64,000 bases of DNA from Candidatus Daviesbacteria bacterium (GTDB taxonomy: Bacteria > Patescibacteriota > Microgenomatia > Daviesbacterales > UBA10151), in NCBI GenBank assembly GCA_028687915.1, contig JAQTZF010000001.1, positions 1,966 through 65,965 of the forward strand, written 5' to 3'. Of this stretch, positions 39,204 through 50,634 are shown in pieces. The notes beneath the pieces are model-generated. The model was not told where the DNA came from. It did no database searches and saw nothing but the letters and a program-made list of their open reading frames with translations. The position numbers and the translations under genes were made by a program. Numbering within the stretch: position 1 is the stretch's first letter; each line of letters opens with the position of its first letter.

Positions 39204-40223
39204 TTACTTAGTAGAAATATTTAGAACTTGTTCTACAAGTCTATTGGAATATCCAAATTCATTATCATACCAAGCAAAAACCTTTACCAAATCCCCATCA
39301 ACCACCTGTGTTAGTGATAAATCAACAATGGCTGATTCTGATCTGCCTATAATATCTGAAGAAACCAAAGGTTCATCACTCCAGGTTACAATTCCCCTCC
39401 ACCTTGAATCATCACAAGCTTCTTTAATTGCCTGATTTATTTCATCAACTGATGTTTTGGTTTTTAGAAGAAAAGTAAAGTCACAAATTGAACCTAAAAT
39501 AACTGGTACCCTAATCCCTACCCCATCAAACAAACCTTTTAATTCCGGAATAACTTCTGTAGTAGAAATAGCAGCACCAGTGGTAGTGGGAATAATATTA
39601 GAATAAGCAGCCCTTGCCCTTCTTAAATCATTACTTTTACCACCTGGTGGTGGTCCATCAACTAAATTTTGTTCAGCTGTTATAGCATGGGTGGTAGTCA
39701 TTAAAGCTTTAGCAATTCCAAATTTTCCATGAATAATAGCTGCTACCGGAGCCACACAATTAGTGGTACATGATGCATTATTAATAAGTTGCTGATCAGT
39801 ATATTGATCCTGATTAACTCCCATTAAAAATGTAGCAACATTTCCCCCTTTTGAAGGAGCTGATAAAATTACTTTTTTGGCTCCAGCTAAAATATGTTGT
39901 TGTAAATCTTCTTCTTTGGTAAAACGGCCTGTGCATTCTAAGACCACATCAATCCCTAAGCTACTCCATGGGAGGTTTGCAGGAATCTTTTCTGCAGTTA
40001 TAGGGTATTTTTTGTTATCAATTATGATATTTTGGTCATCAGCAAAAACCTCTTTACCCCATCTACCATAGGCTGAATCATGCTGTAAAAGATGTGCCAA
40101 TACTTTACCTTCTGTTAAATCATTTATGGCAATAATTTCAATTTGCTCAGAATATTTTTCCAGGATAATTTTAAAAACAGTCCTGCCTATTCTCCCAAAA
40201 CCATTAATAGCAACTTTAATCAT
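39204..40223 (-). CDS. gap: Glyceraldehyde-3-phosphate dehydrogenase, type I
   Basis: 'VAINGFGRIGR', catalytic 'NASCTTNC', 'NIIPTTTGAA', 'WYDNEFGYSNR'. Confidence 0.98.
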   Translation of the reverse strand: MIKVAINGFGRIGRTVFKIILEKYSEQIEIIAINDLTEGKVLAHLLQHDSAYGRWGKEVFADDQNIIIDNKKYPITAEKIPANLPWSSLGIDVVLECTGRFTKEEDLQQHILAGAKKVILSAPSKGGNVATFLMGVNQDQYTDQQLINNASCTTNCVAPVAAIIHGKFGIAKALMTTTHAITAEQNLVDGPPPGGKSNDLRRARAAYSNIIPTTTGAAISTTEVIPELKGLFDGVGIRVPVILGSICDFTFLLKTKTSVDEINQAIKEACDDSRWRGIVTWSDEPLVSSDIIGRSESAIVDLSLTQVVDGDLVKVFAWYDNEFGYSNRLVEQVLNISTK

Positions 40224-40236
40224 AAATAATATTTTT

Positions 40237-41097
40237 TTATTTTGTTGTTTCCTTATAACCAGTCGGTAAGACTAAATATTGATTAATATTAGTAATTTTT
40301 TCATAAACGAAAGTTATTGTTTGCCATGTATCGGTATCATTTATTCTATAAGAAAGCGTATTAATAAGTCCACTATTTTTATCAAAAGTAATTTTAATTT
40401 TAACAGACAAACCCTTAGCATCCAAAGGTGTTTTATAAGTAGTATCTGATTGCCATTCATTATCGCCAATTAATTGCCAAGTTTTACTTGAAGTATCTTC
40501 AATTAAGCCAAGCAAGGGTAATCCTGCCTTTGCCAATGACCAGTAGAACTTACCCATTTCTCCATTTAAATCTTCCTTTATATATTCTTTTTTAGAAGAA
40601 TCAAAAATATAGACTTGATTATCCTTAAACATCAGGATCTGTTGTTTACCTATACTGTTAACCTCACCCCTAACCAAACTGCCCATCTGGGTATAAAAAA
40701 TACCTCTATCAGCATCATATCGGATTGTACTGCTTCCAACCACCTTACCTGTTGTATCTGTCTGCTGTGTTTGAAATTCAATTTTTCCACTAGTATAAAT
40801 TTTATAATCAGCTGCTTTAAAAACAGCTGCGAAAGTTGTTATTAGATCAGTGGCTTGAGGAGGACTGCTTGGTGTAGCAGTCGGAATTGCTGTGACCGTA
40901 GAGGATAATTTTTGCTGAGCAACAGGAAGAGGGCTGGGTGAAACTTGAGGAATAGGTGTTGAAAGCTTTATAGCTGGTATTAAATTTGGATATTGAGTCT
41001 TTATTAAATATGATCCACCGACAATAGCTACTGAAATTAAGGCTATAATAATTATAAATACAATAACGGTAAAACCATTATTTTCTTTAGACAGCAT
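40237..41097 (-). CDS. Hypothetical membrane-anchored protein with P/T/S linker
   Basis: 'NGFTVIVFIIII' pilin-like leader/TM helix, P/S/T-rich linker, predicted beta-rich domain. Confidence 0.7.
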   Translation of the reverse strand: MLSKENNGFTVIVFIIIIALISVAIVGGSYLIKTQYPNLIPAIKLSTPIPQVSPSPLPVAQQKLSSTVTAIPTATPSSPPQATDLITTFAAVFKAADYKIYTSGKIEFQTQQTDTTGKVVGSSTIRYDADRGIFYTQMGSLVRGEVNSIGKQQILMFKDNQVYIFDSSKKEYIKEDLNGEMGKFYWSLAKAGLPLLGLIEDTSSKTWQLIGDNEWQSDTTYKTPLDAKGLSVKIKITFDKNSGLINTLSYRINDTDTWQTITFVYEKITNINQYLVLPTGYKETTK

Positions 41098-41236
41098 ATA
41101 AAATCAGAATATCACAGAAAGATCAAGCCTAACAAGTATCGCTAAAATTCTTAAGTTGACTCTATTATTATAGAAAAACTTTCTTCGTGATAATACATCG
41201 CAGGACGTTTATCTTAAATCCTGTTTAGACTGATGA

Positions 41237-42208
41237 TCATTTTAATGCTTCAATTGTAGGTAATTTTCCTGTTTCCAAAAACTTAAGCATTGCCCCACCT
41301 CCTGTTGAAACAAAAGAAAACATAGTTAAGTCAGATAAATAATTTAGATATGCAATTGTATCTCCTCCACCAATAATACTTTTAGCACCGGATTCAATAA
41401 CTAATTGAGCTATCCTTTCTGTTTGGTTATTTTTAGGGTTCTCAACCAATCCTAAAGGTCCATTCCACAACACAGAGGCTGCAGAAGAAATAACTGTAGC
41501 CCATTCAGATACTGTTTCAGGTGTAAGATCTTCACCATCTTCTGTTAAATCAGCTAACATAATATTTTCCGGAAGAGTTGTCTTACTGGCTGCCAGTTCT
41601 TTTGCTATCTTTCCTCCCACCAACACCTTATGTGCAATCTTAGATAAAGCTAAAGCTGCTGGTAGTTTATCTTCTACTTTTTCTCCTCCGATAATCACCA
41701 CTAAAGGTTTTATCGGGTGTTCCTTAGCTTCTGTTAAGAACAGAACTTCTTTGGAAAATTGTAATCCTGCAGCACGAGGTAACAACATGGGTAAAATGGT
41801 AGTTGAAGCAGACTTATGATGAGAAGCAAAAGCCTCATTAACATAAAAATTACCTAAAGCAGCAAGCTCTTTAGCATAATAAACACTAGCTTCCTCTTCC
41901 CCTTTTTCAAACCTTAAGTTTTCCAGAAGTTGTAATTTACCACTGTCCAATTCATCCTTAAAACCATGTTCTACCAGCCAATTAAAAATAGGGGCAACTG
42001 ATAATTCTTCCACTTTCTTCCCTTCTGGCCTGCCAATATGCCCCATGATAATTACCTTAGAAGCATTCTCCAGGCAAAGCTCTAGTGTAGGCATTCCAGC
42101 AACTAATCTAAAATCATCTGTCACACTGCTATCTTCTATAGGCACATCAATATCCAAACGGAGCAAAACTTTTTTACCTTTAACTAAGGGAGCAGAAACA
42201 ACTTGCAT
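41237..42208 (-). CDS. pgk: Phosphoglycerate kinase (compact)
   Basis: 'VLLRLDIDVP', 'GHIGRP', 'LLENLRF', 'LWNGPLG', 'GGGDT', 'FVSTGGGA'; ATG 42208 lies 6 nt after TGT-TACGAT. Confidence 0.95.
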   Translation of the reverse strand: MQVVSAPLVKGKKVLLRLDIDVPIEDSSVTDDFRLVAGMPTLELCLENASKVIIMGHIGRPEGKKVEELSVAPIFNWLVEHGFKDELDSGKLQLLENLRFEKGEEEASVYYAKELAALGNFYVNEAFASHHKSASTTILPMLLPRAAGLQFSKEVLFLTEAKEHPIKPLVVIIGGEKVEDKLPAALALSKIAHKVLVGGKIAKELAASKTTLPENIMLADLTEDGEDLTPETVSEWATVISSAASVLWNGPLGLVENPKNNQTERIAQLVIESGAKSIIGGGDTIAYLNYLSDLTMFSFVSTGGGAMLKFLETGKLPTIEALK

Positions 42209-42292
42209 CTTTAAATCGTAACACAATTATAAAAGTAAAAAAATTATATAAAGACAAAAATACTATAAAATGTTACAATTACCCTCAGTTTT

Positions 42293-42364
42293 GGGCACGT
42301 AGTTCACTGGTAGAACGCTTCACTGATAATGAAGAAGTAGATGGTTCGATTCCATCCGTGCCCA
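42293..42364 (+). tRNA. tRNA-Ile(GAT)
   Basis: Acceptor GGGCACG/CGTGCCC; anticodon arm cttca-ctGATaa-tgaag; T arm gatgg-ttcgatt-ccatc; CCA not encoded. Confidence 0.93.
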
Positions 42365-42385
42365 CTAAATCCCTTTTTCCCTTTT

Positions 42386-42458
42386 GGTGCGGTGGCGAAG
42401 TGGAAACGCTGGGGTCTGCAAAACCTCGATTGCGCGAGTTCGATTCTCGCCCGCACCT
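42386..42458 (+). tRNA. tRNA-Cys(GCA)
   Basis: Acceptor GGTGCGG/CCGCACC; ggggt-ctGCAaa-acctc; T arm gcgag-ttcgatt-ctcgc; U discriminator. Confidence 0.93.
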
Positions 42459-42518
42459 CCGAGTCTTCGAGGAGGAAGAGAGAGAACAACATCTCTGAGT
42501 GAAGCGAAGAGTAGTGTT

Positions 42519-42535
42519 ATTCTCGCCCGCACCTC
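42519..42535 (+). repeat. 17-bp duplication of the tRNA-Cys 3' end (att-like)
   Basis: ATTCTCGCCCGCACCTC at 42443-42459 and 42519-42535. Confidence 0.85.
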
Positions 42536-42553
42536 TGAAGTAAACCTCTGAAA

Positions 42554-42817
42554 TTAGTTTTGCGGAAGAGGTGTATTTTCTGGGCTTTTTATCTCCTCAA
42601 CTTTTTTGGCAATATCTTTTCTACGTAAGCCCTCAAAAAATTTAATTATTCCACCTAAACCAGGAATAATTTCTGAAATAGGTTTAAATTCCAACTTTTT
42701 AGGATCAGGATTTTCAACATTAAACCATTCCTTATTACCAAAGGCATTTTCTAGAGTTGGTTCATGCTTAGTAGGCTGTTTAAGGTTTTTACCCTTTTCA
42801 CTTTCAGGATTATCCAT
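42554..42817 (-). CDS. Small hypothetical protein
   Basis: 87 aa; ATG lies 6 nt after TAGAAT. Confidence 0.6.
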   Translation of the reverse strand: MDNPESEKGKNLKQPTKHEPTLENAFGNKEWFNVENPDPKKLEFKPISEIIPGLGGIIKFFEGLRRKDIAKKVEEIKSPENTPLPQN

Positions 42818-42849
42818 AGTGTTATTCTACACTATTTAAAAATTTCCAC

Positions 42850-42872
42850 AAAAAAACTCCCCGGAGGGAGTT
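42850..42872 (-). terminator. Intrinsic terminator downstream of 16S
   Basis: Minus strand AACTCCC-tccg-GGGAGTT followed by TTTTT. Confidence 0.75.
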
Positions 42873-43043
42873 AATTTTTATTAATTCCAAAAAAGTGGTG
42901 GGGAGGGTTTTTATAGAAGCCCTCAACTTCTATCACCATTTACCCTGAATTTCTTCAGAATAGCGTGAAGGTGATCTTGGATCAAACCATGGCTAACTGT
43001 TGCTTACGCATTTTCAGGAATCCTCCAGTTTGACCTAATCTCC

Positions 43044-44516
<1,473 letters not shown>

Positions 44517-44738
44517 AGTGAATTTGTATCCAGCTCCACTAATAAATCAATGAAGCTTTCTACAAGCTTCACTCAAAGAATTGACAAAAGATTTTCCCTA
44601 ATAAATTAGGGATTGCACTCTTGTTTTTCGATTTACCTAGACTTGGTAAATCATTTTCCCACCACTTTTCCGGAATCAACAGCCTAAAAAGGCATGAAAA
44701 AACCGAAAAAGGGTAAAAACTTTTCCGGTTGTTAATGT

Positions 44739-44764
44739 GCTACGTTCATGTAACTGAACGTAGC
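44739..44764. repeat. Copy of the recurrent TACGTTCA-loop-TGAACGTA hairpin in the 16S leader
   Basis: GCTACGTTCATGTAACTGAACGTAGC; related copies at 34028-34082, 34842-34866, 34946-34972, 35903-35928 and 44330-44353. Confidence 0.85.
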
Positions 44765-44856
44765 TATGAAGCAAAATATTTAATATTTGTTGTCAACTTC
44801 ATAGCAAAACTGAAAATAGTATCCCAATTACTCAGGACTAGTTTCCAAGTAGAACG

Positions 44857-44885
44857 ATTTTAATCTAAATTAAGCTCGATGTCAA
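44857..44885 (-). promoter_or_regulatory. Sigma70-type promoter for 16S
   Basis: TTGACA-17 bp-TAAAAT; the -35 overlaps the stop codon of the upstream gene. Confidence 0.8.
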
Positions 44886-46276
44886 ACAGCTGACTGGCTA
44901 GCTAAAGTTCTTAATCCGGGAATAGAATTTGGCTGATGATTTACCACTCTTTTAACATCTTCTTCCTCTGCTCTTTTTCCATTTTCGGCTATAGTAACTG
45001 GAATAAACTTTCTATTAAATTCCAAACCTCTTTTTAAAATTTCCAACCTAGATTGTAATCCCAATTTTCCAATTGCAGAAACAAATAAACGGTAAGATCC
45101 ATCACCTTGATAAAATAAACTAACTACTTCAAGGATATTTTTAGTTAAGATCCCGCTTTTTACAGCCTGGTTTTCTATCTCTGTGAGCATATTAGCTGCT
45201 ACTATCCTCGCATCAATTATTTCCTCCCCTTCAGCACCTTCAATAACAGATTCTACAGCCAATTTTAAAACCTCATCTCTGTTTGCTAAAGCATCTTCAT
45301 CTAGAACAAATTTATACTGAGCTTCTTTTTGAACTCTCTCTTCAGCTTTTTCGATTGCTTCAACTTCCTCCACAACTGATACTTTTTGTTCTGATTTTAA
45401 TTGTGCTTGAACCATCATTTGAGTAACAATTTCAGGTTCATTTCCTGCTTGAATTAAAGCATTTTCAACTAATTCAACTGCCTGGGTTTCAGCTATTCCT
45501 GCTGTAATTAAGCTTTCATAAGCTATGGTTGCCTGAGCTATTTCAGGATAAGCTTGATCACTTATTTGAAGTATTTCTGATGTTTCTATTGAAGTTGTTA
45601 CTATCTCAGATAAAGCTGGAGATTGTTCTGATAATGAAACCAGTTCTTCTGCTGCTTTAAAAACTGGTTCGTCATTAATTTGATCCGTATCCAAAGAGAT
45701 TAATTCTGGAATTGGTTGATGAATAATATTTTCATCTATTAAATCAAAAATAGCTTCAGATTGAACAATTTCTTCAATCACTGGTGCTTTCAAATCCGCA
45801 AATTCTTCTGGTTGAGAGATTGGTTCTTCAATATCTGGCATAAAATTTGTTTGTTCAAAAATAGTATCTATGTTTGTTTCTATCGGGATATCAAAAACAC
45901 TTGAAGGTCTTGAAGATTCTAAAATTGATTCTAAATATGTGGGTGGTGTTAATATATCTTCTGCAAAATTATCTGTAAAAGCTTCCTGAAAAATTTGAGG
46001 TACCTCAAAACTTGGTATTGTAGGATCTAAATTTATATCAGCTAAACTCTCATTAAAAATTGACGGAATTGGAGTTATATCTATTGAAGGACTACTAAAA
46101 ATATCTACACCTGGATTTAAAGATCCCCCACTTAAGCCTGATGTTTCAAAAGAAGAAAAATTACTAAAAGAGGAAAATTCTGAACCCATACCGATTCCAG
46201 GGCTGGAAAGCGCAGATATACCGGCACCGACTGAAGAAAAGCTATCTACTGAGATTGATTCTCCTTCAATACTCAT
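44882..46276 (-). CDS. Hypothetical highly acidic protein
   Basis: 464-aa ORF rich in E/D/S/I; AAAGGAGG SD just upstream of the ATG. Confidence 0.78.
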   Translation of the reverse strand: MSIEGESISVDSFSSVGAGISALSSPGIGMGSEFSSFSNFSSFETSGLSGGSLNPGVDIFSSPSIDITPIPSIFNESLADINLDPTIPSFEVPQIFQEAFTDNFAEDILTPPTYLESILESSRPSSVFDIPIETNIDTIFEQTNFMPDIEEPISQPEEFADLKAPVIEEIVQSEAIFDLIDENIIHQPIPELISLDTDQINDEPVFKAAEELVSLSEQSPALSEIVTTSIETSEILQISDQAYPEIAQATIAYESLITAGIAETQAVELVENALIQAGNEPEIVTQMMVQAQLKSEQKVSVVEEVEAIEKAEERVQKEAQYKFVLDEDALANRDEVLKLAVESVIEGAEGEEIIDARIVAANMLTEIENQAVKSGILTKNILEVVSLFYQGDGSYRLFVSAIGKLGLQSRLEILKRGLEFNRKFIPVTIAENGKRAEEEDVKRVVNHQPNSIPGLRTLASQSAV

Positions 46277-46404
46277 CTAAAGCCTCCTTTCTAACTAACA
46301 CTAATTTATGGAATTTTACCAGAAAGAACCCGAATAGTCAAATTAAAATTGACAAGCCTGTGAACCCAGTGTTACTGTTTGATAAGCACATAAACTCTTT
46401 TTTT

Positions 46405-49400
46405 ATGCTCACAAAACTAACAGATTTCATAAAAAATTACTGGAAAATCGGGATTTTTATTTTAATTCTTCTTTCAGTCCCCCTTACAGTCTTTCTGGTC
46501 ACTCAAACACAAATTTTCAGAAGCCGTGCTTCTGCCATCCCTGTGGCTTTTGAAGGAAACGGGGTAACTTATACTAACGGCCAATATTTTACTTCAACTC
46601 TAACCGGCATTAAATTAAAATTAACGTCTCCTTTTGCAACTTCCGGTACTCAATCATTTAATGCAGGCAGCACTCAGGATTTCTATGGAAAAAGGCTTAG
46701 CTTTCTTAAGCTTTTCGGACAGACAAAAATCACAGAAGCTGTTAGAAATGCCGCCACAGGGCATAATATTTATCACGCTCCAGGTGTAGTGGTAGATAAA
46801 AGCAGTACGCCGAATAAAATTTATGAGGTAGATTCAGGAAACAGCAGAATTTTAGGGTTTAACGGGATCGGATATTGTTCTCAAAATCCAGCTCAGTCTT
46901 GCACTATTGATAGTGATTGCGGGACTGGAAATAGCTGTAATATAGACGGGAATAAAAATGCAGATATTGTTTTTGGTCAACCTGATTTTGAAAGCGGAGC
47001 CTGTAACAAAGATGCAAATCTCGGAATTAGCAAAAAACCCGATGCTTCTTCTCTTTGTTTTATGGGTTATCCTGTAGCTACTAACACAGCTGAAGCCTGG
47101 CAAAGAAACAATATTGAAGTTGACAGCGAAGGAAATCTTTATGTGGCCGATTATTGGAATAACCGAATATTAAAATATAATCAGCCTTTCAGCCAGGATA
47201 AAACAGCAGGCAAAGGTGACACTGTGGCTGATTTTGTTTGGGGTCAAAATGATTTTTCCTCCAACGGAATCAATCAGATTAATCCGTATTTCAGCACTTC
47301 AACCAGAACACCATCTAATAAATCTTTGTGGATCAGTTTTGGCTTTGGAACAGCAGATCATGTTTCATCACGCGGAGTATCAGTTGATGCACAAAACAAC
47401 CTTTGGGTGGCTGATACTTTTAATAACCGTGTCCTTCGTTTTCCCAAAGATTCCCAAACTGCTGATCTTGTGCTAGGACAGGCTGATTTTAATTCTTTCG
47501 GTTGTATTCCTAATGGTCCTTTAAATAGATTTTGTACACCAACTTTGGCAAGAATAGATCCTGAAAATGGCGATCTTTATGTTTCTGATGAATATCCGAA
47601 TAGTTTTCGTGCTAGAATTCTGGTTTTTCACCCTCCGTTTACTAATGGTATGGCAGCTTCAAAAAGCATTGTTATCAACCAAGGTCCACCCTGGTTTGAA
47701 GGCAGATATTTATTTCAATCAACAGGTTTTAACTTTAATCCATTCAAAGAAGGAGAATACGCAGCAGGGAGACTTTGGATCAATGAGCTTTCTGCCTACC
47801 GGACTACTTTAATTGACGCAAATGGCAACATTGTTAAAGTCATCGGAGCAACAACTAATACTGGCCAGGGTGGCGATACTCAATACGGTAGTGAATGCGG
47901 TGATATATATAATCCCGCTCAATTCAATTTATGGTGGCCTGGAGGATCGATTGGTTTTGACAGCGCAAACAACATTTATTTATCCGATGAATTTTTTGGC
48001 CGTGTTTCCAGATATAAACTGCCTTACCAGCTACGAACAGTTGGAACTAAAACTTGTTTACCACTTGCAAATGGAGGTTTATTCCCAATGAGTAAAAGCA
48101 TCAAACAGGATAACAGATTAGGTGAATCAATCGGATTAGTAGTGAATAATAACCAGTTGATTATTAAAGATGAAAGCTCAATCAAAGTTTGGAATGATTA
48201 TTTACAAAAATCCATCGGCAGTAATCCCGATATAATACTCACAGGCGGCATGCCGACAAGAATTTTATTCAGTGATGCTGTTGATGAAAATAACAGGTTG
48301 TGGATGTATACAGACAGAGGTGATTTACGTGTATATCAACTTCCGTTTAAAGGCAATGATGTGCCTTTGACTGATAATATAAAACTATATTGGAAAGATG
48401 ACGGGACAGCGGTCAATGCTCATTTTTGGGAAACAGGGTTGACTGTAGATAAAGTAAACAAAGCCATTTATATCTCTGACAGAGAGAAAAACAGAGTACT
48501 CAGAATAAGCAACTATAATGAATTTTTAAATCACGCTAACAACAACTTATTAGTTGATTTGGTTCTGGGACAATCAGATAAAACCGGCGCATTGTGTAAT
48601 CACGGAAGCAACACACCTTTAGCTGACGGAATATGTTCACCTTATGGATTAAAATTTGATAAAACAGGTAATCTTTTTCTGATCGAAAATAATTATGAAT
48701 GTCACGGTAATGACCGTATTTCTATTTTCACGGCGTCTGATCTGAAGAATGCTTCAGGTTTATTCCCCATGTTAAAGGCTCAAAAAGTACTTATTGCAAA
48801 TGACCTGACTTCCAAAGGACCATGTGCATATACCACAGTAGATAAACCTGGCTCCCCTGTCAGTTTAGCTTTTGATAGTCATAATCGCCTGGTTGTGGGA
48901 AATGACGGATATTATGGAGACAATCAAAAAAGACAATTAAAGCAATTGTGGTATTACTCAGATCCGTTAAATAAAACTACCCCTGACAAATCAATAGAAT
49001 TGCCCATAGGCAGCGCAGGAGAACTTGCCTTTGATAAAGATGATAATCTGTTTATCCAGGATCATACTTGGTACAGGGTTTGGGGTATTAATTATTATCA
49101 GGATGATGATTGGGGAATTATATCCACCACCACACCCACACCTACCCCTACACTTATTTCTACACCTACAGCTACAGCTATTCCGACACCAACCTCAGCT
49201 CCCGAGCCAAAAACATGTGCACAAGTAATTACTTCAGCTATGAATCCTTTAACCGGAAACTGTGAAGAATTCCCAAGCCCCTGTGAGGTACCATCAGGCT
49301 GGACATTAAATTGCACAAGTCCTGTTGTTACAGCAACTCCAACCCAATCTCCAAATCCTAACCTTATTTCTTATGGTGCTTTCAGCTACACAACTTCAGC

Positions 49401-50634
49401 CGATAATGTTCAACATGTTTCTCAATCAATTCTGGCTGATAACGGATATGCTTATGGCCGGACTTGCATCGTGGAAAATGGTCAGGTAAATTGTGACGGA
49501 ACCAGATTCCCCTGGACCAAAACTGTCGCAAGCGCTCCTGACGGATCCAACATTAAAATAATTTCTTACGGAGCATTTTCATATGATTCAAATGGACAAC
49601 AAAAAGCAGTGCAATCCTTAATCGGTGAGGACGGAACCAGCTTTTCCAGATCATGCAATGTAGGAGCCACTGATCTGAATTTATCTGCAACAGCATGCCC
49701 ATGGACTAAAGATCCGAATAAACTAGGCATACCTATGCCAAATCAACCGGCAGGAAAAATTATTGGTTATGAAGCCTTCAGCTATAAAACATCCGCCGAT
49801 GGCAAGGAACATGTGTCAATGTCTCTACTAGCAAATAACGGATATTCATACGGACGTACATGTAACATAGAAAGTGGTCAGGTAAATTGTTCTTCTGCTA
49901 CAAGTTCTTGGAGCAGGTCTGCAATTGATCCGAATGTTATTGCTTACGGGGCTTTCTCGTATTATGCAGATAGTCAACAAAAAATAGTACAAAGTTTGAT
50001 TAATAAAAATGGTTCTACATCTTACAGAACTTGCAACACCAATCCTGACGGCCTTAATTTATCAACCTCAGTATGTCCCTGGCAATACGGAACAATAGCT
50101 GTTCCTACAGTTCTGGGAGCAAGTATATCGGCCGATAATGTTAAAGGGTTGGCTTTGGCAGCAGGAAATTCTATAAATTTTAAGCTTGCCAAAAATCCTG
50201 TTGATTTATCAGGTGCCCAAACTCAATCACTTACTTCTGATCCAATGATTATTGATTTTAATTTTGATAAATCCAATCCCGATCCTGGTTATTCTGAAAC
50301 AATATTTGTCCAATTTATCAATAGCAACGGACAAATAGATAACCGCCAGGCTACTATTACTTATCAACCAGCTACAACAACTACATCCATACCCGCTACT
50401 GTTTCTAACCCCACCTCTACATCAAGCATCCAAAAAAGTTCCGTCATAAAGGGTGATTTAAATAATAATAGTTCACTTGATTTAGGCGATATGTCAGTGA
50501 TTTTATCCAAATGGAGTTCATCATTAACAGGAGTTGTTTCTAACGCTGATCTTAATGGGGACGGTAAAGTTAACAGCTTTGATTATTCTTTAATGTTAAA
50601 TCTGCTCACTAATGCTAAAGTTATTCACAACTAA
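46405..50634 (+). CDS. Large anchored surface protein: NHL beta-propeller repeats, PT linker, four Cys-paired repeats, C-terminal dockerin-like domain
   Basis: TM 'IFILILLSVPLTVFLV...QIFRSRAS'; 'GNLYVADYWNNRIL', 'LWVADTFNNRVL', 'ADLVLGQADF'; 'GDLNNN...ADLNGDGKVNSFDYS'. Start moved to ATG 46405. Confidence 0.88.
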   Translation: MLTKLTDFIKNYWKIGIFILILLSVPLTVFLVTQTQIFRSRASAIPVAFEGNGVTYTNGQYFTSTLTGIKLKLTSPFATSGTQSFNAGSTQDFYGKRLSFLKLFGQTKITEAVRNAATGHNIYHAPGVVVDKSSTPNKIYEVDSGNSRILGFNGIGYCSQNPAQSCTIDSDCGTGNSCNIDGNKNADIVFGQPDFESGACNKDANLGISKKPDASSLCFMGYPVATNTAEAWQRNNIEVDSEGNLYVADYWNNRILKYNQPFSQDKTAGKGDTVADFVWGQNDFSSNGINQINPYFSTSTRTPSNKSLWISFGFGTADHVSSRGVSVDAQNNLWVADTFNNRVLRFPKDSQTADLVLGQADFNSFGCIPNGPLNRFCTPTLARIDPENGDLYVSDEYPNSFRARILVFHPPFTNGMAASKSIVINQGPPWFEGRYLFQSTGFNFNPFKEGEYAAGRLWINELSAYRTTLIDANGNIVKVIGATTNTGQGGDTQYGSECGDIYNPAQFNLWWPGGSIGFDSANNIYLSDEFFGRVSRYKLPYQLRTVGTKTCLPLANGGLFPMSKSIKQDNRLGESIGLVVNNNQLIIKDESSIKVWNDYLQKSIGSNPDIILTGGMPTRILFSDAVDENNRLWMYTDRGDLRVYQLPFKGNDVPLTDNIKLYWKDDGTAVNAHFWETGLTVDKVNKAIYISDREKNRVLRISNYNEFLNHANNNLLVDLVLGQSDKTGALCNHGSNTPLADGICSPYGLKFDKTGNLFLIENNYECHGNDRISIFTASDLKNASGLFPMLKAQKVLIANDLTSKGPCAYTTVDKPGSPVSLAFDSHNRLVVGNDGYYGDNQKRQLKQLWYYSDPLNKTTPDKSIELPIGSAGELAFDKDDNLFIQDHTWYRVWGINYYQDDDWGIISTTTPTPTPTLISTPTATAIPTPTSAPEPKTCAQVITSAMNPLTGNCEEFPSPCEVPSGWTLNCTSPVVTATPTQSPNPNLISYGAFSYTTSADNVQHVSQSILADNGYAYGRTCIVENGQVNCDGTRFPWTKTVASAPDGSNIKIISYGAFSYDSNGQQKAVQSLIGEDGTSFSRSCNVGATDLNLSATACPWTKDPNKLGIPMPNQPAGKIIGYEAFSYKTSADGKEHVSMSLLANNGYSYGRTCNIESGQVNCSSATSSWSRSAIDPNVIAYGAFSYYADSQQKIVQSLINKNGSTSYRTCNTNPDGLNLSTSVCPWQYGTIAVPTVLGASISADNVKGLALAAGNSINFKLAKNPVDLSGAQTQSLTSDPMIIDFNFDKSNPDPGYSETIFVQFINSNGQIDNRQATITYQPATTTTSIPATVSNPTSTSSIQKSSVIKGDLNNNSSLDLGDMSVILSKWSSSLTGVVSNADLNGDGKVNSFDYSLMLNLLTNAKVIHN

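Noticed and set aside
42304-42492. 62-aa minus-strand ORF
   Set aside because: Antisense to tRNA-Ile and tRNA-Cys.
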